Below are positions 1-10,773 of a DNA stretch of 64,000 bases, piece after piece. The notes under the pieces are model-generated. The model was not told the origin of the DNA and did not search any database. It saw nothing but the letters and a program-made list of their open reading frames with translations. A program made the position numbers and the translations under genes. The DNA is taken from positions 58,964 through 122,963 of the IMG/VR virus record IMGVR_UViG_2974586258_000001; one strand, 5' to 3'. Numbering within the stretch: the first letter of the stretch is position 1; each line of letters opens with the position of its first letter. This DNA comes from a virus (lineage: Duplodnaviria; Caudoviricetes).

Positions 1-468
1 TTTTGTTTTCAGTCTATCGGCCAATTCCCTGTATTTACATTTAGGGCAACCACTAGACCTATTAAGTACATTGTCAGCTCTTGTTATCCAAGTGTGTTTA
101 TCAATGTTGCAAAGGAGTTTAATTTTTGTGGACTTACCTTTATAATTTTCGGTGAACCCGCAAACCTGAACATCTTTTCCATTTAAATTGCGAGAGATTC
201 TTAGTAAGTATTGCCATGATTTCCACCTATGATTTTTCGCGCAGCCGCATGGTTTCTTCCCTTCTTTTAAGTGATATTTTGTACTGACGAAATAACCATC
301 TGGAAATAGCTCTCTATCCTTAGAACACTCTGTGCATGTAACTTTGAAAGTAGTTTGTTTTCCTTTAATATTCTCATGCACACCTACAACTTCTAACTTA
401 CCATCTTTGGATTTCCAACCAATAAAGGTGTTTTCCTTTTCGCTGTTAGTGATACGTCCTCCATAAAT
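1..468 (-). mobile_element. Zn-ribbon/GIY-YIG-like homing endonuclease family copy 1 (5' part, runs off the window edge)
   Basis: Manual translation gives FIGWKSKDGKLEVVG...FKVTCTECSKDRELFPDGYFVSTKYHLKEGKKPCGC, matching the other copies; no ATG/GTG/TTG start in frame (ATT at 468 or ATC at 453). Confidence 0.8.
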
Positions 469-1014
469 TTAAGTAATACTTACATCAGAGACCACTTCCA
501 CATCTTGAATGGGACCTCTTATAGTGCTGGTAAGACGAACACGAAGAAGATCTTCAAATACTCCGTAATCAGAGTCTACGAAAAGGCAGTTAAAAGTAAT
601 AACAAATCTAGACCTATCTTCATATTCTTGATAATTTAGTACTACTCGTTGTTTTATTGCATTTGTGCAAGAAGCAAAAGCGAATCTCGGATCTTTAAAA
701 TATTCATAGTTAATCCAAGGAAGATGAAGAGAATGTTTTATTTTTGCAGCATCATTTAATGTATCACCTTTGCAAACAGTAATGATAAAATTAACTTGGC
801 TATTCCAACTTTGTCTCACAAAACCATTATCATCCAATTCTTCATTGGAGTGCCAATTAGGGTCTGCAATAACCGATTGCTCAATCATTACATAGTCATC
901 AGTTTGTTTAGGGATTACAGATTCACCTACCAATATTAATTTTCTATTTGTTACGGTTTTAATAAAGAAACCTAACTTATTGGTAAGGTCTTGAATTAAT
1001 GTTTCATCATGCAC
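469..1014 (-). CDS. putative neck/tail-terminator protein
   Basis: 181 aa; position after head-completion genes in a typical myovirus gene order. Confidence 0.55.
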   Translation of the reverse strand: MHDETLIQDLTNKLGFFIKTVTNRKLILVGESVIPKQTDDYVMIEQSVIADPNWHSNEELDDNGFVRQSWNSQVNFIITVCKGDTLNDAAKIKHSLHLPWINYEYFKDPRFAFASCTNAIKQRVVLNYQEYEDRSRFVITFNCLFVDSDYGVFEDLLRVRLTSTIRGPIQDVEVVSDVSIT

Positions 1015-1023
1015 TAAAACTCC

Positions 1024-1443
1024 TTACTCAAAAGCACTTGGTTCTAAGATAACTAAATATTGATAACGCGATACGCCAGTATATGGGAAACTAAGAGCAC
1101 GTAATACAGTAAACCACAACTGTCTACCTGTAATACTATTCAATTGCACTTGGTCACTCATAATTCCTGTACCATCAATGCCAACAATCAAAGGGTCTGA
1201 TGTCCACAAATAATATGATTCATAACTCTTTAGTCCGGCTTCAGATAATTGACTTTCAAACTTCTTAACAGCATCGCCAGTCAATGGTTGAACAGAACAC
1301 TTATTAATTGTTTTGTTTGTAAAAGTTATTGTGTTATTATCATTCTCAAACGGACTACTTGGGTCTTTTACCGAGGATCTTGAACGTGCATTCAATATAA
1401 CTTGAGGTAGGAGTGAATTAGACCCAATTAATGAGTAACTCAT
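1024..1443 (-). CDS. putative head-closure/neck protein
   Basis: 139 aa, SVQP motif, synteny. Confidence 0.5.
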   Translation of the reverse strand: MSYSLIGSNSLLPQVILNARSRSSVKDPSSPFENDNNTITFTNKTINKCSVQPLTGDAVKKFESQLSEAGLKSYESYYLWTSDPLIVGIDGTGIMSDQVQLNSITGRQLWFTVLRALSFPYTGVSRYQYLVILEPSAFE

Positions 1444-1955
1444 TAGAATCTACCTCCTTTGTTGAAGTTGTATTCAGCATTCTGTGTAACTTTATATTTG
1501 CAGGAGTCACGAAGATCTCCAAAATGAATCATAGCTTCATCAAACCCTTTCTGTTTTGCCCAATCTGGACTAACCTTCGGATTAGAGAAAGTTCCTGCAT
1601 CAATAGTAAATTGGATAGACTCAACATACTTCTGACCTACAACCTTCAATGCAGTTTCTGGCATCTTTCCTGCAACCACAATACTTCTGTAAACATTCTT
1701 AATTAATCTGGGAAGTTCATACTTGAAAGATAAAGAGCTTGTTAACATCACATTACGTTGAGGAAGGTTCCCGTAACCAAATTCATGGATGTTCATCAAC
1801 TGTGCTGTGGTCATTCCAGAATAATGTGGATCATCATAGAAACCAGCTTCAACTTGTGTTTTAACTAGTTGTTCTAATCGTTTCTCAAATCTTCGTAAAC
1901 CTGACATATCCATTTTTGTTGTAGCTTTCATTTTAATCATAAAATATAACTCCAA
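1443..1955 (-). CDS. putative tail-completion/neck protein
   Basis: HEFG..NLPQR motif and K.KGFD..MI..G.L C-terminus typical of neck proteins; true start may be slightly downstream. Confidence 0.6.
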   Translation of the reverse strand: MELYFMIKMKATTKMDMSGLRRFEKRLEQLVKTQVEAGFYDDPHYSGMTTAQLMNIHEFGYGNLPQRNVMLTSSLSFKYELPRLIKNVYRSIVVAGKMPETALKVVGQKYVESIQFTIDAGTFSNPKVSPDWAKQKGFDEAMIHFGDLRDSCKYKVTQNAEYNFNKGGRF

Positions 1956-1966
1956 GCTACATAAGT

Positions 1967-2470
1967 TTAGTCTTCATAAACAAAAGGGTTTTTAGGGTTT
2001 CGATATCGTGAGGTGTAGTCAACAACACCATCAACACTATAAGCACCTTTGCTGTTTGGATCTTTACGAACTTCTTCAAATTTATCTTTGCGTACACCGC
2101 CGATGATAATGAGGTTATCAAAACCACCAAGGCTTGGGTCAATGAAGTCTGGATTCTCTGTGATATATTGCAGCAAATCTTTCCAAGCTTGTAATTGTGA
2201 TCCACCAGTAACAGATATCTGTTCTTGTCCTATCTTTTCAGTGCGACCTGTTCCTACATTACCAGAACTAACTGTTTTGGATATTAGATACTGAAGACAT
2301 GAAACTGTGGTGTTCCAAAGGACAAGAGGTTCGTTCTCAGGTTTATTGTCCACATCGAATTGCAATTCCCACCGAGATAAAAACAAATCAATCGTGGCAG
2401 TAGGTAAAAGTTGTTCAGAGATATCCCCGAGGATAACTCTAATATAAGCGATTCTTTCCTCGTGAGTCAT
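1967..2470 (-). CDS. putative head-tail adaptor
   Basis: 167 aa with an EKIG..QIS motif; follows the capsid cluster. Confidence 0.55.
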   Translation of the reverse strand: MTHEERIAYIRVILGDISEQLLPTATIDLFLSRWELQFDVDNKPENEPLVLWNTTVSCLQYLISKTVSSGNVGTGRTEKIGQEQISVTGGSQLQAWKDLLQYITENPDFIDPSLGGFDNLIIIGGVRKDKFEEVRKDPNSKGAYSVDGVVDYTSRYRNPKNPFVYED

Positions 2471-2644
2471 ATTATCCTCAGAACTTAAATAGTATTAGAT
2501 ATTTCATATCTGTTGCAAAAATTAATAATTAAATAGTTTTGGTTCATTAACAAATCTTACCACAAATATATAAAATTTTCAATCTGTTAAAGAACTTTAT
2601 TATTTAAAACTACTAAATATTTACAACTTATAACACCTAGCCTA

Positions 2645-2959
2645 TTATTTTGCTTTAGTACGACCGCGAGGTTTTGGGGCTTCTTCAGCTTTAACTACTT
2701 CTGTTTCAGTTTGTTTTTCTTCTTGGAAACCAAGCAGTGTTACAAACGGAAGTTCAAAACATTCTTCAACATTTAATTTGGCATTTGCATGTTCAATCAG
2801 AGCACGAATAAAGAAGTGGAAGTTAGGGGTCTGATACTCATGGCCATCTTTTGTTACAAAACAATAATCAAAAGAAACTAATGTCTTTTCATAATCAATA
2901 TCAGAGACTTTGGAAATTGCTGACAATACCTCAGCTTTAGTTACATATTCTTGCTGCAT
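2645..2959 (-). CDS. hypothetical virion-associated protein
   Basis: 104-aa ORF downstream of MCP; basic C-terminus KPRGRTKAK. Confidence 0.6.
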   Translation of the reverse strand: MQQEYVTKAEVLSAISKVSDIDYEKTLVSFDYCFVTKDGHEYQTPNFHFFIRALIEHANAKLNVEECFELPFVTLLGFQEEKQTETEVVKAEEAPKPRGRTKAK

Positions 2960-2989
2960 TATTAATCCTATTTGCTATGCTATATCATA

Positions 2990-3022
2990 AACAAAGGCCG
3001 CCACCCTTAACGGGGGCAGCCT
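2990..3022 (-). terminator. intrinsic terminator after major capsid gene
   Basis: Minus-strand hairpin AGGCTGCC-CCCGTTAAGGGT-GGCGGCCT followed by TTGTTT. Confidence 0.75.
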
Positions 3023-3042
3023 AAGAGCTTACTTACAAATTA

Positions 3043-4032
3043 TTATACAGAAGTCATCTTGATGACAAGTTCAGGACGAGAGTTTACACACAGTACAGAA
3101 CTTTCAGTCTCAAGCATCTGGCTACGACCATTCTTAACTTCGTTAAGGAACAGGTATGCCTCACGAGCAGTGGTGTTAGCAAATGCAACATGGTCAGCAG
3201 GAGCAAAGTGCATGGTGAACATACCTTCAATGCCACGGGGGAACATGTACGCTTCACCAGTGGGGATATAACCAGAAATATCTTCCATGAAGGTGTAACC
3301 CTTGTGGACGAAGTAACGGTTGTTCAGATCACCACCAAGGCGCTCACGCAGAGGTTCTTGAGTAGAAGCGTAACGATCATATGCTTGCTTAACAAACGGG
3401 TTGTCAATCAGCTTTTGGAACCAAGTACGAGAACACAGAACTACAATGCTATAACCATCAGCACCATTACCAGCTTTATCGATAATAACAGAACGACCTT
3501 GTTCTTCGATAGTGGTCAGGGGGTCGATAGTGGTAGAGGCAAATGCAACAGGAACAGTAGTCTGAGTTTGACCCCAAACAGTGAAATAGTTGTAAGTGCC
3601 AGTAGAAGCATCACCACCAGTACCCATGATAGCTTGAACCATCAGTTTCTCACGTTGTTCTTGGTGAGTCTTTTGGATCATAGAGGTACGGCGCATAACT
3701 ACATCTTCTACGGTCTTAGGTGCATTGGGGTCTGCATAAGAAACAAAGTTCTGCACATCACCAGCTTGAATAGCGCCATCCAGAGGATAGAATGGGATCT
3801 TGAACTGTTTAGCTACAGCGTCTTCGCTTTGAATGAAGTTACGCTCGCCACCACGCAGGCGACCGGGAATAGCACCACGGTTCCAAGAAACTTTCTTAAC
3901 TTCACAAATATCAGACTGGTGATATTCTGGAACGAAAAGCTCCATGTTGGTAACAAGGGTATTCTGACGAGGTGCAACCTCAAGCAGATGGGAAAAATCT
4001 AGAAAAGTAAAACCAGTATTAACTACGCTCAT
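3043..4032 (-). CDS. major capsid protein (HK97 fold)
   Basis: 329 aa with strongly biased codons; C-terminal E-S--LCVNSRPEL; lies after scaffold and decoration genes, followed by a terminator. Confidence 0.88.
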   Translation of the reverse strand: MSVVNTGFTFLDFSHLLEVAPRQNTLVTNMELFVPEYHQSDICEVKKVSWNRGAIPGRLRGGERNFIQSEDAVAKQFKIPFYPLDGAIQAGDVQNFVSYADPNAPKTVEDVVMRRTSMIQKTHQEQREKLMVQAIMGTGGDASTGTYNYFTVWGQTQTTVPVAFASTTIDPLTTIEEQGRSVIIDKAGNGADGYSIVVLCSRTWFQKLIDNPFVKQAYDRYASTQEPLRERLGGDLNNRYFVHKGYTFMEDISGYIPTGEAYMFPRGIEGMFTMHFAPADHVAFANTTAREAYLFLNEVKNGRSQMLETESSVLCVNSRPELVIKMTSV

Positions 4033-4059
4033 TTATTTTAACTCCGAATTATTAAATTA

Positions 4060-4440
4060 TTAACCGACTACTTTATCAGTAACTTTAATGCCTTTTGCTT
4101 CCAGTGCAGTAACACCAGCAGCATTGATAGCACCATCGCTAAATTTCAGCAGATTCTTATTCAGAGTCAGAGCACGTTTAGCAACGACCAGTTTGTACTG
4201 AGTACCAACTACAAAATCTTGTGCTTCACGAGTTACACGAGCATCGATAAGAACAGAAGCTACGTTGGCAGCATCTGCAATTGCAGCCCAAGTGCCATCA
4301 GCTTTAAGCAGAGCACCAGCAGCCATACTTGCAGCCCAAGTAACAGAAACTTCTTCTACAGAGTAACCAATGTCAGATGCTTCAACAACACCAAGAACTA
4401 GGTCAGAGTAGAACTGGGAAATAGATTCAAGACGATTCAT
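4060..4440 (-). CDS. head decoration protein
   Basis: 126 aa, Ala-rich, between scaffold and MCP, ends ALEAKGIKV. Confidence 0.7.
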   Translation of the reverse strand: MNRLESISQFYSDLVLGVVEASDIGYSVEEVSVTWAASMAAGALLKADGTWAAIADAANVASVLIDARVTREAQDFVVGTQYKLVVAKRALTLNKNLLKFSDGAINAAGVTALEAKGIKVTDKVVG

Positions 4441-4454
4441 TATTTTAACTCCGA

Positions 4455-5555
4455 TTATTTAGATTTGTTTTCAGCAGCCCATTTGGCAGCTTTAGCTTTG
4501 ATAACTTCTTGGGGGTCTTGGGCATCAACAACTACTTTGCCATCTTTACCAACTTCGGTAATAGCAAATTGTTCTTTAGTCTTATTGACCTCTTCTTTCA
4601 TTGCTTCAATTTGTTCTTTAGCAGATTTAAGAATATCTTGAATCATATCGAACTCAGCAGTCTTACGAGATTTCATCAGGAAATCAACAACTGCATCAGT
4701 CTTCTCTTCAACAACAATACCAGTAGATTTTACAAACTCAGTAAATTCGTTCTTTTGTACTTGTTCAGCAGCTTTCAGAATTTCTTCTGCTTCAGCAGCC
4801 TTGGCTTTTGCTTTTTCAAGTTCTTCTTTCAGCGGTGCTTGAGCTGCCTCAAGTTGGGCCTTCAGAATATCTTGGAACTCAGCAGATTTCATTAGTTCTT
4901 GGATATCCAATGGTTTCTCCGTTTTATCTTTAGTTTTATTAACGTTAATAGTACTATCATCAGAAACAGCAACAGGAGTTGAAGCTTTTTCCAAGGATTC
5001 TGTTACAGCTTTGAACAATTTAAGTTGTGTGTCAGCTTTATTAATAGATTTTGAAACAATTTCATATAAACCTGTTTCAAGTTTGTCTTCGGCCTCTTCA
5101 GAGAGCTTGACCTTACCCTCAACAATCATGTAATCTGTAATCTGTACAACAGGACTTGCTGTATCGCCAACCGTTACTGAACCGTCTTCTGTCATAGTGA
5201 AAGTAGTGACCATGAAATCCCAGCCTTCGCAGTAGTCGCCTGTGGTGAAATAGACTTGACCATCTTTCCAGTCTTCAACACAGAGCCACTCATCTTTACC
5301 ACAGTAAGCTTCTTTAAGTGCATTCTCCAAAAGCATTTTGGAATTACGCATACTCATTGCTTTCTGGATTTCTTCTGGGAAATTCTCGACACCAAACTTT
5401 TCAATTGATTTCATGATTTCATCAGTCAATTCAATAGTGTCAGATTTCATAAGCAAAGAGATATGGCGGTTGTTTGCACTTCCACCTTGCCCTTCATGAC
5501 AAATAGCAAGATGAGGTGTCTTTTTATCACCATCTTTTTTAATATCTAGTTTCAT
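4455..5555 (-). CDS. scaffolding protein
   Basis: Long coiled-coil acidic C-terminus; between protease and decoration genes. Confidence 0.7.
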   Translation of the reverse strand: MKLDIKKDGDKKTPHLAICHEGQGGSANNRHISLLMKSDTIELTDEIMKSIEKFGVENFPEEIQKAMSMRNSKMLLENALKEAYCGKDEWLCVEDWKDGQVYFTTGDYCEGWDFMVTTFTMTEDGSVTVGDTASPVVQITDYMIVEGKVKLSEEAEDKLETGLYEIVSKSINKADTQLKLFKAVTESLEKASTPVAVSDDSTINVNKTKDKTEKPLDIQELMKSAEFQDILKAQLEAAQAPLKEELEKAKAKAAEAEEILKAAEQVQKNEFTEFVKSTGIVVEEKTDAVVDFLMKSRKTAEFDMIQDILKSAKEQIEAMKEEVNKTKEQFAITEVGKDGKVVVDAQDPQEVIKAKAAKWAAENKSK

Positions 5556-6478
5556 TATTCCTCATCATAAGGGTCGAAAGTCACATCTGTAATTTCACCT
5601 GTTTCTTTATTGATAGAGCCACGAGCACCAATACTAACTCCTTGGATAACCCCAGCTTTCTTTAAGAGCCACAAATCAGGGTCATTGTATTTTGTCTTGA
5701 CTACCCATGTACCAGCTTTAATAGGCTGATTAGTAGCCTCAACAACTACATCAATTTCTTGTTGGATCCACGATTTTTCAATAGAAAACAAATCTGTATT
5801 AGCAAAATGGAACAAATTGGGTTTGACATTACCAAGTTCAAGGTTTTTGTTGAAATTCTCGCAAGCCTTAAGTATAGTCTCTTGTGTCATCCACTCACCG
5901 TGAGCGTCTTTGGTATCAGGCTCATAGACCACTTCATATGCAATCATTTCTTCTATGATTTGTGGTTCAGAGGACTTCTTCAAAGTATGGAATTCTTTCG
6001 GGCCTTTACCTTTCAACTTACCTTTAGGCCATAACCACTTGTGACTCCAGTATTTTGCACTGAAAATATCTGACTCTTCGCCGTGACGAGCATAATAAGC
6101 ATCATTCGCTTCGGCAGAATAATTATCTTCCATACTAGGATCACCAAAGTGAACTACTTTGATTTCTTCACCTTTCTTAGCTAGTACCATACCTTGCTTT
6201 CCGTCCCTGTTAGAACGGATTGGTTTATTGTATCCGGGGAATTTTGTGCCTCGATAAACCAGATTACCTTTGTCATCTTTTTCAACAGAATCGGTTGTAG
6301 CTTTGGAAATAGTTTTCTTTGTTCTGGTTTTGGCCTGCTTCAATGCAATAGCTACGGCCCTGCTTTCTTCCATTCCGTCTGAAACTAAAGGATTAAAGAC
6401 TTCCATGAATTTCTGTTTTTGTTTAATAGTAAGGGATTTTGTAGATGGGGGTAGGTCTTTAATGCTAGAATATGGCAT
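5555..6478 (-). CDS. prohead protease (XkdF-like) with N-terminal ChaB-like and extra middle domain
   Basis: C-terminal VVYEPD..DAHGEW...GTW...W...K.G...GVSIG; N-terminal MPYSS..DLP. Confidence 0.75.
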   Translation of the reverse strand: MPYSSIKDLPPSTKSLTIKQKQKFMEVFNPLVSDGMEESRAVAIALKQAKTRTKKTISKATTDSVEKDDKGNLVYRGTKFPGYNKPIRSNRDGKQGMVLAKKGEEIKVVHFGDPSMEDNYSAEANDAYYARHGEESDIFSAKYWSHKWLWPKGKLKGKGPKEFHTLKKSSEPQIIEEMIAYEVVYEPDTKDAHGEWMTQETILKACENFNKNLELGNVKPNLFHFANTDLFSIEKSWIQQEIDVVVEATNQPIKAGTWVVKTKYNDPDLWLLKKAGVIQGVSIGARGSINKETGEITDVTFDPYDEE

Positions 6479-6642
6479 CTATACCTCATTAATTAAATTG
6501 TTAACTTTGTATTAAATACATAACATGAAATTAATATTAACACAAAAAATAAAAATTTTCAAGAACTTTTTAAAAGAATATGTAAATATTACAAGGATTT
6601 AATTAAATTGTACAGAGAAAGAGGCCATTTCTGACCCTAATT

Positions 6643-7665
6643 TTAAACTTTCTTCTTTGTTAAGATATACAGAGCGTCGGTAATAAGGTTTTCCAAAACA
6701 ACTAGATTATTAATGTAGGATGTTTCTGTAAATCCATCTTGGAACTCTTCTTTGGATACAACACCAATTTCAATTTCAGAGTTTTTAATGAAGTTTTCAA
6801 TGTACAATGGAATAGATCCATCTTCAAGAGTAGCAGACCAGATTCTTTTATATCCGTATTCTGTTTCACGTTTCTGCTTTTTAATTCTTGCAAGTTCTTT
6901 TTGGTTTGTTATTCCGAATTTTATAAAACTATGACTGTCTTTTGTCCACTGATAAACATAGAAAGTTCCATGTTTGCTGGTAGAATACCCATTAATAGCG
7001 CAACCATTACAACGACTTCCTTGATTTACAAAACTGTGATAACTGACATTTTGTTTTCCATGAGTTTTACAGATGTACTCAAACCTAGTTTTGTGGGTAG
7101 TTCTATACTTATCAACAAAACCTACAACATCATAATCCATTTCTTTGCAGATGTCAATGCATTTTTGTAGTGCTTCTTGTTCCGTTGGTTTATAAACGCC
7201 CGAGCACTTAGGGCAACCCTTGTCACTATTAATAATGTCATTAATTCTTGCAATCCATTTATGCCCATCTTTTAAACATTCAAGGTTTAGTTTGGTGTTT
7301 TGATTTTTAAACTCTTCTGTAAAACCGTGGACGATGAACCCTTTCTTTTCTCCTGCTCTACGAGCTAATATTAAATACTGCCAGTCAAACCACCTTACAT
7401 TCTTGCCACAACCGCATGGTTTTAAATCATTAACCAAATTACTTTTGACACTAACAAAATAGCCATCAGGGAATAATTCAGGATCTTTGGAACATTCAGT
7501 ACAGGCAACTCTGAATGTAGTATGTGTACCTTGTTTTCCATCGATACCAATAACTTCTAATCTCCCATCTGGACTTTTCCAACCAATAAAATCTTCTGGT
7601 TTTTGTCGTTTTGCTCTCTTCTTCTTTTCTGTCATATTTAAATTACCTCTTGAAATTATGTCCAC
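6643..7665 (-). mobile_element. homing endonuclease family copy 2 (divergent C-terminal nuclease)
   Basis: Family N-terminus FIGWKSPDG..CTECSKD.ELFPDGYF..KPCGC; C-terminus FYVY..FIKFGIT..RI; own promoter near 7672-7699; likely start is the later ATG (MTEKK). Confidence 0.75.
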
Positions 7666-7712
7666 TTTATTATTTTACTACTTATAGTCGTAAAGTCAAG
7701 AGGTTTTGTTAC

Positions 7713-9281
7713 TTATGCTGTAGTTTGGGCATTATTGGAAACCGAGGTATCCGAATCTGATACACCATCACCAGTTCCATTATTCAGTCCAGATTCCATA
7801 CCATCACCAGATCTAGTGGTTGGTTTACCTACAAGAGCTAGAACCTCCTCTGGGGTTTCATCTGTCAACTTCCAATCAACACCAAGCACACTGAGAATGT
7901 GGTTGATCACTTCCTTGTTGCGAGGGATAAAACCAGTAGCCCCCATACGTTGAACCGCAGCAGAGAAAGCATTCAAATCAACTTCATCGGTTTCATCAAA
8001 CCCGAGCGTTGGCATTTCGTCATCTTCTAGATAAATTTCATTTAATGCTAAAAGTTGAGGGATGATGTCTGTGTTGAATGTCTCTAAAATGATATTAACG
8101 TTTCGTTCAACAAATAATGAGTGAAGGTTTTGTTTGCCTTCAGAAAGAGCATATGAACCAACTCCTTCGTTGCCGAGATTGATGAACCCACAACCGAATA
8201 GATCAAGAATGACTTTCTTACGCTCATTAATGAGTGTTGTGGTGTTCTTGTCTCCACTACCACCATCTACTCCTTTAAGAGTCATCTTGTACTGCTCTTG
8301 GCCTCCGGGCTGTGTATCAGAAGGAAGGATAAAGAAGCTTTGTTCACCAGCAGCAGAGTTAGCAGCATCTTGCATCAATTGATTTAGGAATTGTGCTTCT
8401 TTGCCGCTTGGGTCAAGTGCTGCCTTTTGCAGGATCATTGAAGGAATCTTAAGTTCAAGAACACCAGATAGGTTTTTGTTAGCACCTACAATTTCAAGAT
8501 TCTCAATGACAACCTTCTCACGATATGCCTTATATGCAGCATTTAAAGGACTAACACCTGTTGGGTTAGCACTACTAGCGTTCATGGCAAACAATGCAAT
8601 CTTGTTAATGGGGATGAAAACACTACCAACTTGAGGATCTTGATTCTTCAGATAATCAACATAGAAAACGCCATTCATTGTATCGAAAGCATTATTGTTT
8701 TGCCAAAGACCTACAAGTTCTCTTGAATCATCTGAAAATTTAAATGGCTGACGGATATCCAATGAACCTTGTGGTCTAAAAGCTAATTTACTAAGACGAT
8801 ATTGGTATTTATCTTTGTACTTACCTCGTGTTATCTTGCTGAATACTTTTTCAAATGCGGCAAAACCATATTCATTCATTGTAGCTGCTGAACGTGCTAC
8901 TTGACGCAAGGTTTGATTGTCAAGGTTTTTAAAGCAATATTCAATGAATTCTGCTGCTTCTTTTGATCTAGCAGAACCTTTTTTATGGCGAATAAAGAAA
9001 TCGTTAAACGGTTTCTCAACCAGCATATAAGTTGTATTTAGAGCGGTAGCAACCGTAGCATCTAATTTCATACTTTCATATGTCATGATGCAATTAGGCC
9101 ACTTCAGCTCTTTGTTTTTCATCCTCTCGCTATCATCACGGATCCTTTGGAGAGCAAGTGAACCTATCTCCCCCATCCTTAGTCGAGAAACAGCAAGCCC
9201 TTCCGAGCTTGCCTTTTCAAGATCAACTTGTTGATTTTTTCTTGGGCGGCCCCTTGGACGCTTAACTGTTTGCTCTGTCAA
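7713..9281 (-). CDS. portal protein
   Basis: 522 aa between TerL and protease; GSYALSE and NPTGVSPL motifs. Confidence 0.85.
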   Translation of the reverse strand: MTEQTVKRPRGRPRKNQQVDLEKASSEGLAVSRLRMGEIGSLALQRIRDDSERMKNKELKWPNCIMTYESMKLDATVATALNTTYMLVEKPFNDFFIRHKKGSARSKEAAEFIEYCFKNLDNQTLRQVARSAATMNEYGFAAFEKVFSKITRGKYKDKYQYRLSKLAFRPQGSLDIRQPFKFSDDSRELVGLWQNNNAFDTMNGVFYVDYLKNQDPQVGSVFIPINKIALFAMNASSANPTGVSPLNAAYKAYREKVVIENLEIVGANKNLSGVLELKIPSMILQKAALDPSGKEAQFLNQLMQDAANSAAGEQSFFILPSDTQPGGQEQYKMTLKGVDGGSGDKNTTTLINERKKVILDLFGCGFINLGNEGVGSYALSEGKQNLHSLFVERNVNIILETFNTDIIPQLLALNEIYLEDDEMPTLGFDETDEVDLNAFSAAVQRMGATGFIPRNKEVINHILSVLGVDWKLTDETPEEVLALVGKPTTRSGDGMESGLNNGTGDGVSDSDTSVSNNAQTTA

Positions 9282-9304
9282 TTTATCTCCGAATATTCTT
9301 TATA

Positions 9305-10473
9305 TTAAAAGTAGCGACTTTTATTTAAACCTGATATCATTGTAGGTGCATTGATTGTTGGCATTGTTACTGCTGAAACACTCATTGTTTTAGCAAGATA
9401 GGAGAAAACTGAAGCACAAGCATCAGGCCAGTCATCTTTTCTGTCTGCCGTGGACCTTTCTCCATCGAAACTTTCAAGCTCTTTATAGAAAGCTGCAAGT
9501 GTTGCAGGTTCAAAAGTATCTTCAACAATTGATACTAACCCATTCTGGCAAGCAGAACTGAACGCCTCAAACCGTTTTAGTTTTGATTTATTAGATGGAT
9601 TGGGGTCTTCTTTTACAATAAAACCCTCATTAGTAAACATTTTAGCCATCTCGTTAAACGCAAACGCACCAGCTTGTCCTGGATCTTTAGGTAAAACCAC
9701 AATAGTATCTGAGCCATCATGTTTGGCCTGTAACAACATCAAAGTATCACGAACACCGGGGCGTTTTCTAAACCTACCGTTCTGTCTAGTTAATTCATCA
9801 AGAGTCTCTTGAATATAATCCCCAACAATAATATAAGTATCTTGATTTGTTTTTAGCATTTTGATACTTGCAGTATAGTCAGGATATCTATTCTTATCAG
9901 ATGGTTCAGCCGAAGCTAAGTCCCATCCTCGTGCTTCTGTACAGTTCAATGGTACTTTGTCTAGTTTATTTAACCAACTTCGCTGGAAATAGTTAGAACC
10001 TTCTGGACGAGCATACCAGTTACCGTCCAATAGTCTGGCGCGGTTAATTGGTGACTGAGCTTTCAGTGCAGACAAATACTTTGGGTTAGATTTTATTAGT
10101 GCTGGGTTATCGAAGATAGTTCCGCTGATAAAAGTAAATGACATAGGGGGAATATAAATTCTTTCACCATCATTTTCTTGATAACAAATATCAGGGTACG
10201 CTTCTGCTAACTCTTCCTCTGTATTAGCAAAAATAGGTTTATCATCAACAATAACGAAGTACCTAATAACTCCGTCTTTACTCTGGTCTGGATAGCCTTC
10301 TGGATCCAAATACCACTCAACGAACGATAACACCCAACTGTCCGGTGATGGATTACAAGTACCCATACAGAAACTATCGCATTCTGCTTCAGAACGGAGA
10401 CGACCTATTAGATATAAAAATTGAGATTGTGAGAAATGTGTTAATTCGTCGAAACCAACAAAAGAATATTGTA
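9305..10473 (-). CDS. terL: terminase large subunit, exon 2
   Basis: Walker B FVGFDE, coupling motif GTCNP, nuclease WDLA and DDWPDA. Confidence 0.9.
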
Positions 10474-10773
10474 CTTTTATGTTCGGAAAGGCTCGCTAGA
10501 CCTATCCCGCATCACTTATGTTTATCAACATTAGCTGCTGCTCTATGTCTCCATAGAAGTTCAGACTATATCATCCACAACAATATGTTGCGGCCTACCG
10601 TTTCGAACACCATTAGCTTGTGTCCTACACCGCTACATTCATCACGGCTAGTCGTTGGGCATTTAGAAACAAATGTTTCATTTAGCACAGGATTGTCCTT
10701 AACTTAATACTAGGAGTTTCCCTGTTTAGGTAGGTTTGCTACACTAATCACTTAATGTAGGGGCTACAATTTA
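10474..10773 (-). mobile_element. group I intron without ORF in terL (300 nt)
   Basis: Exon 1 ends in U with P1 GGGU/GCCC; intron ends in G; P7 elements AACGACUAG and GAUAUAGUCU; P10 UUGUA/UACAA; splicing restores HQG-LQYSFVGFDE. Confidence 0.92.

Noticed and set aside
3190-4002. 270-aa plus-strand ORF
   Set aside because: Antisense shadow of the codon-biased capsid gene
10345-10707. 120-aa plus-strand ORF over the terL gap
   Set aside because: Antisense to the intron and exon 2; no SD or recognisable motif
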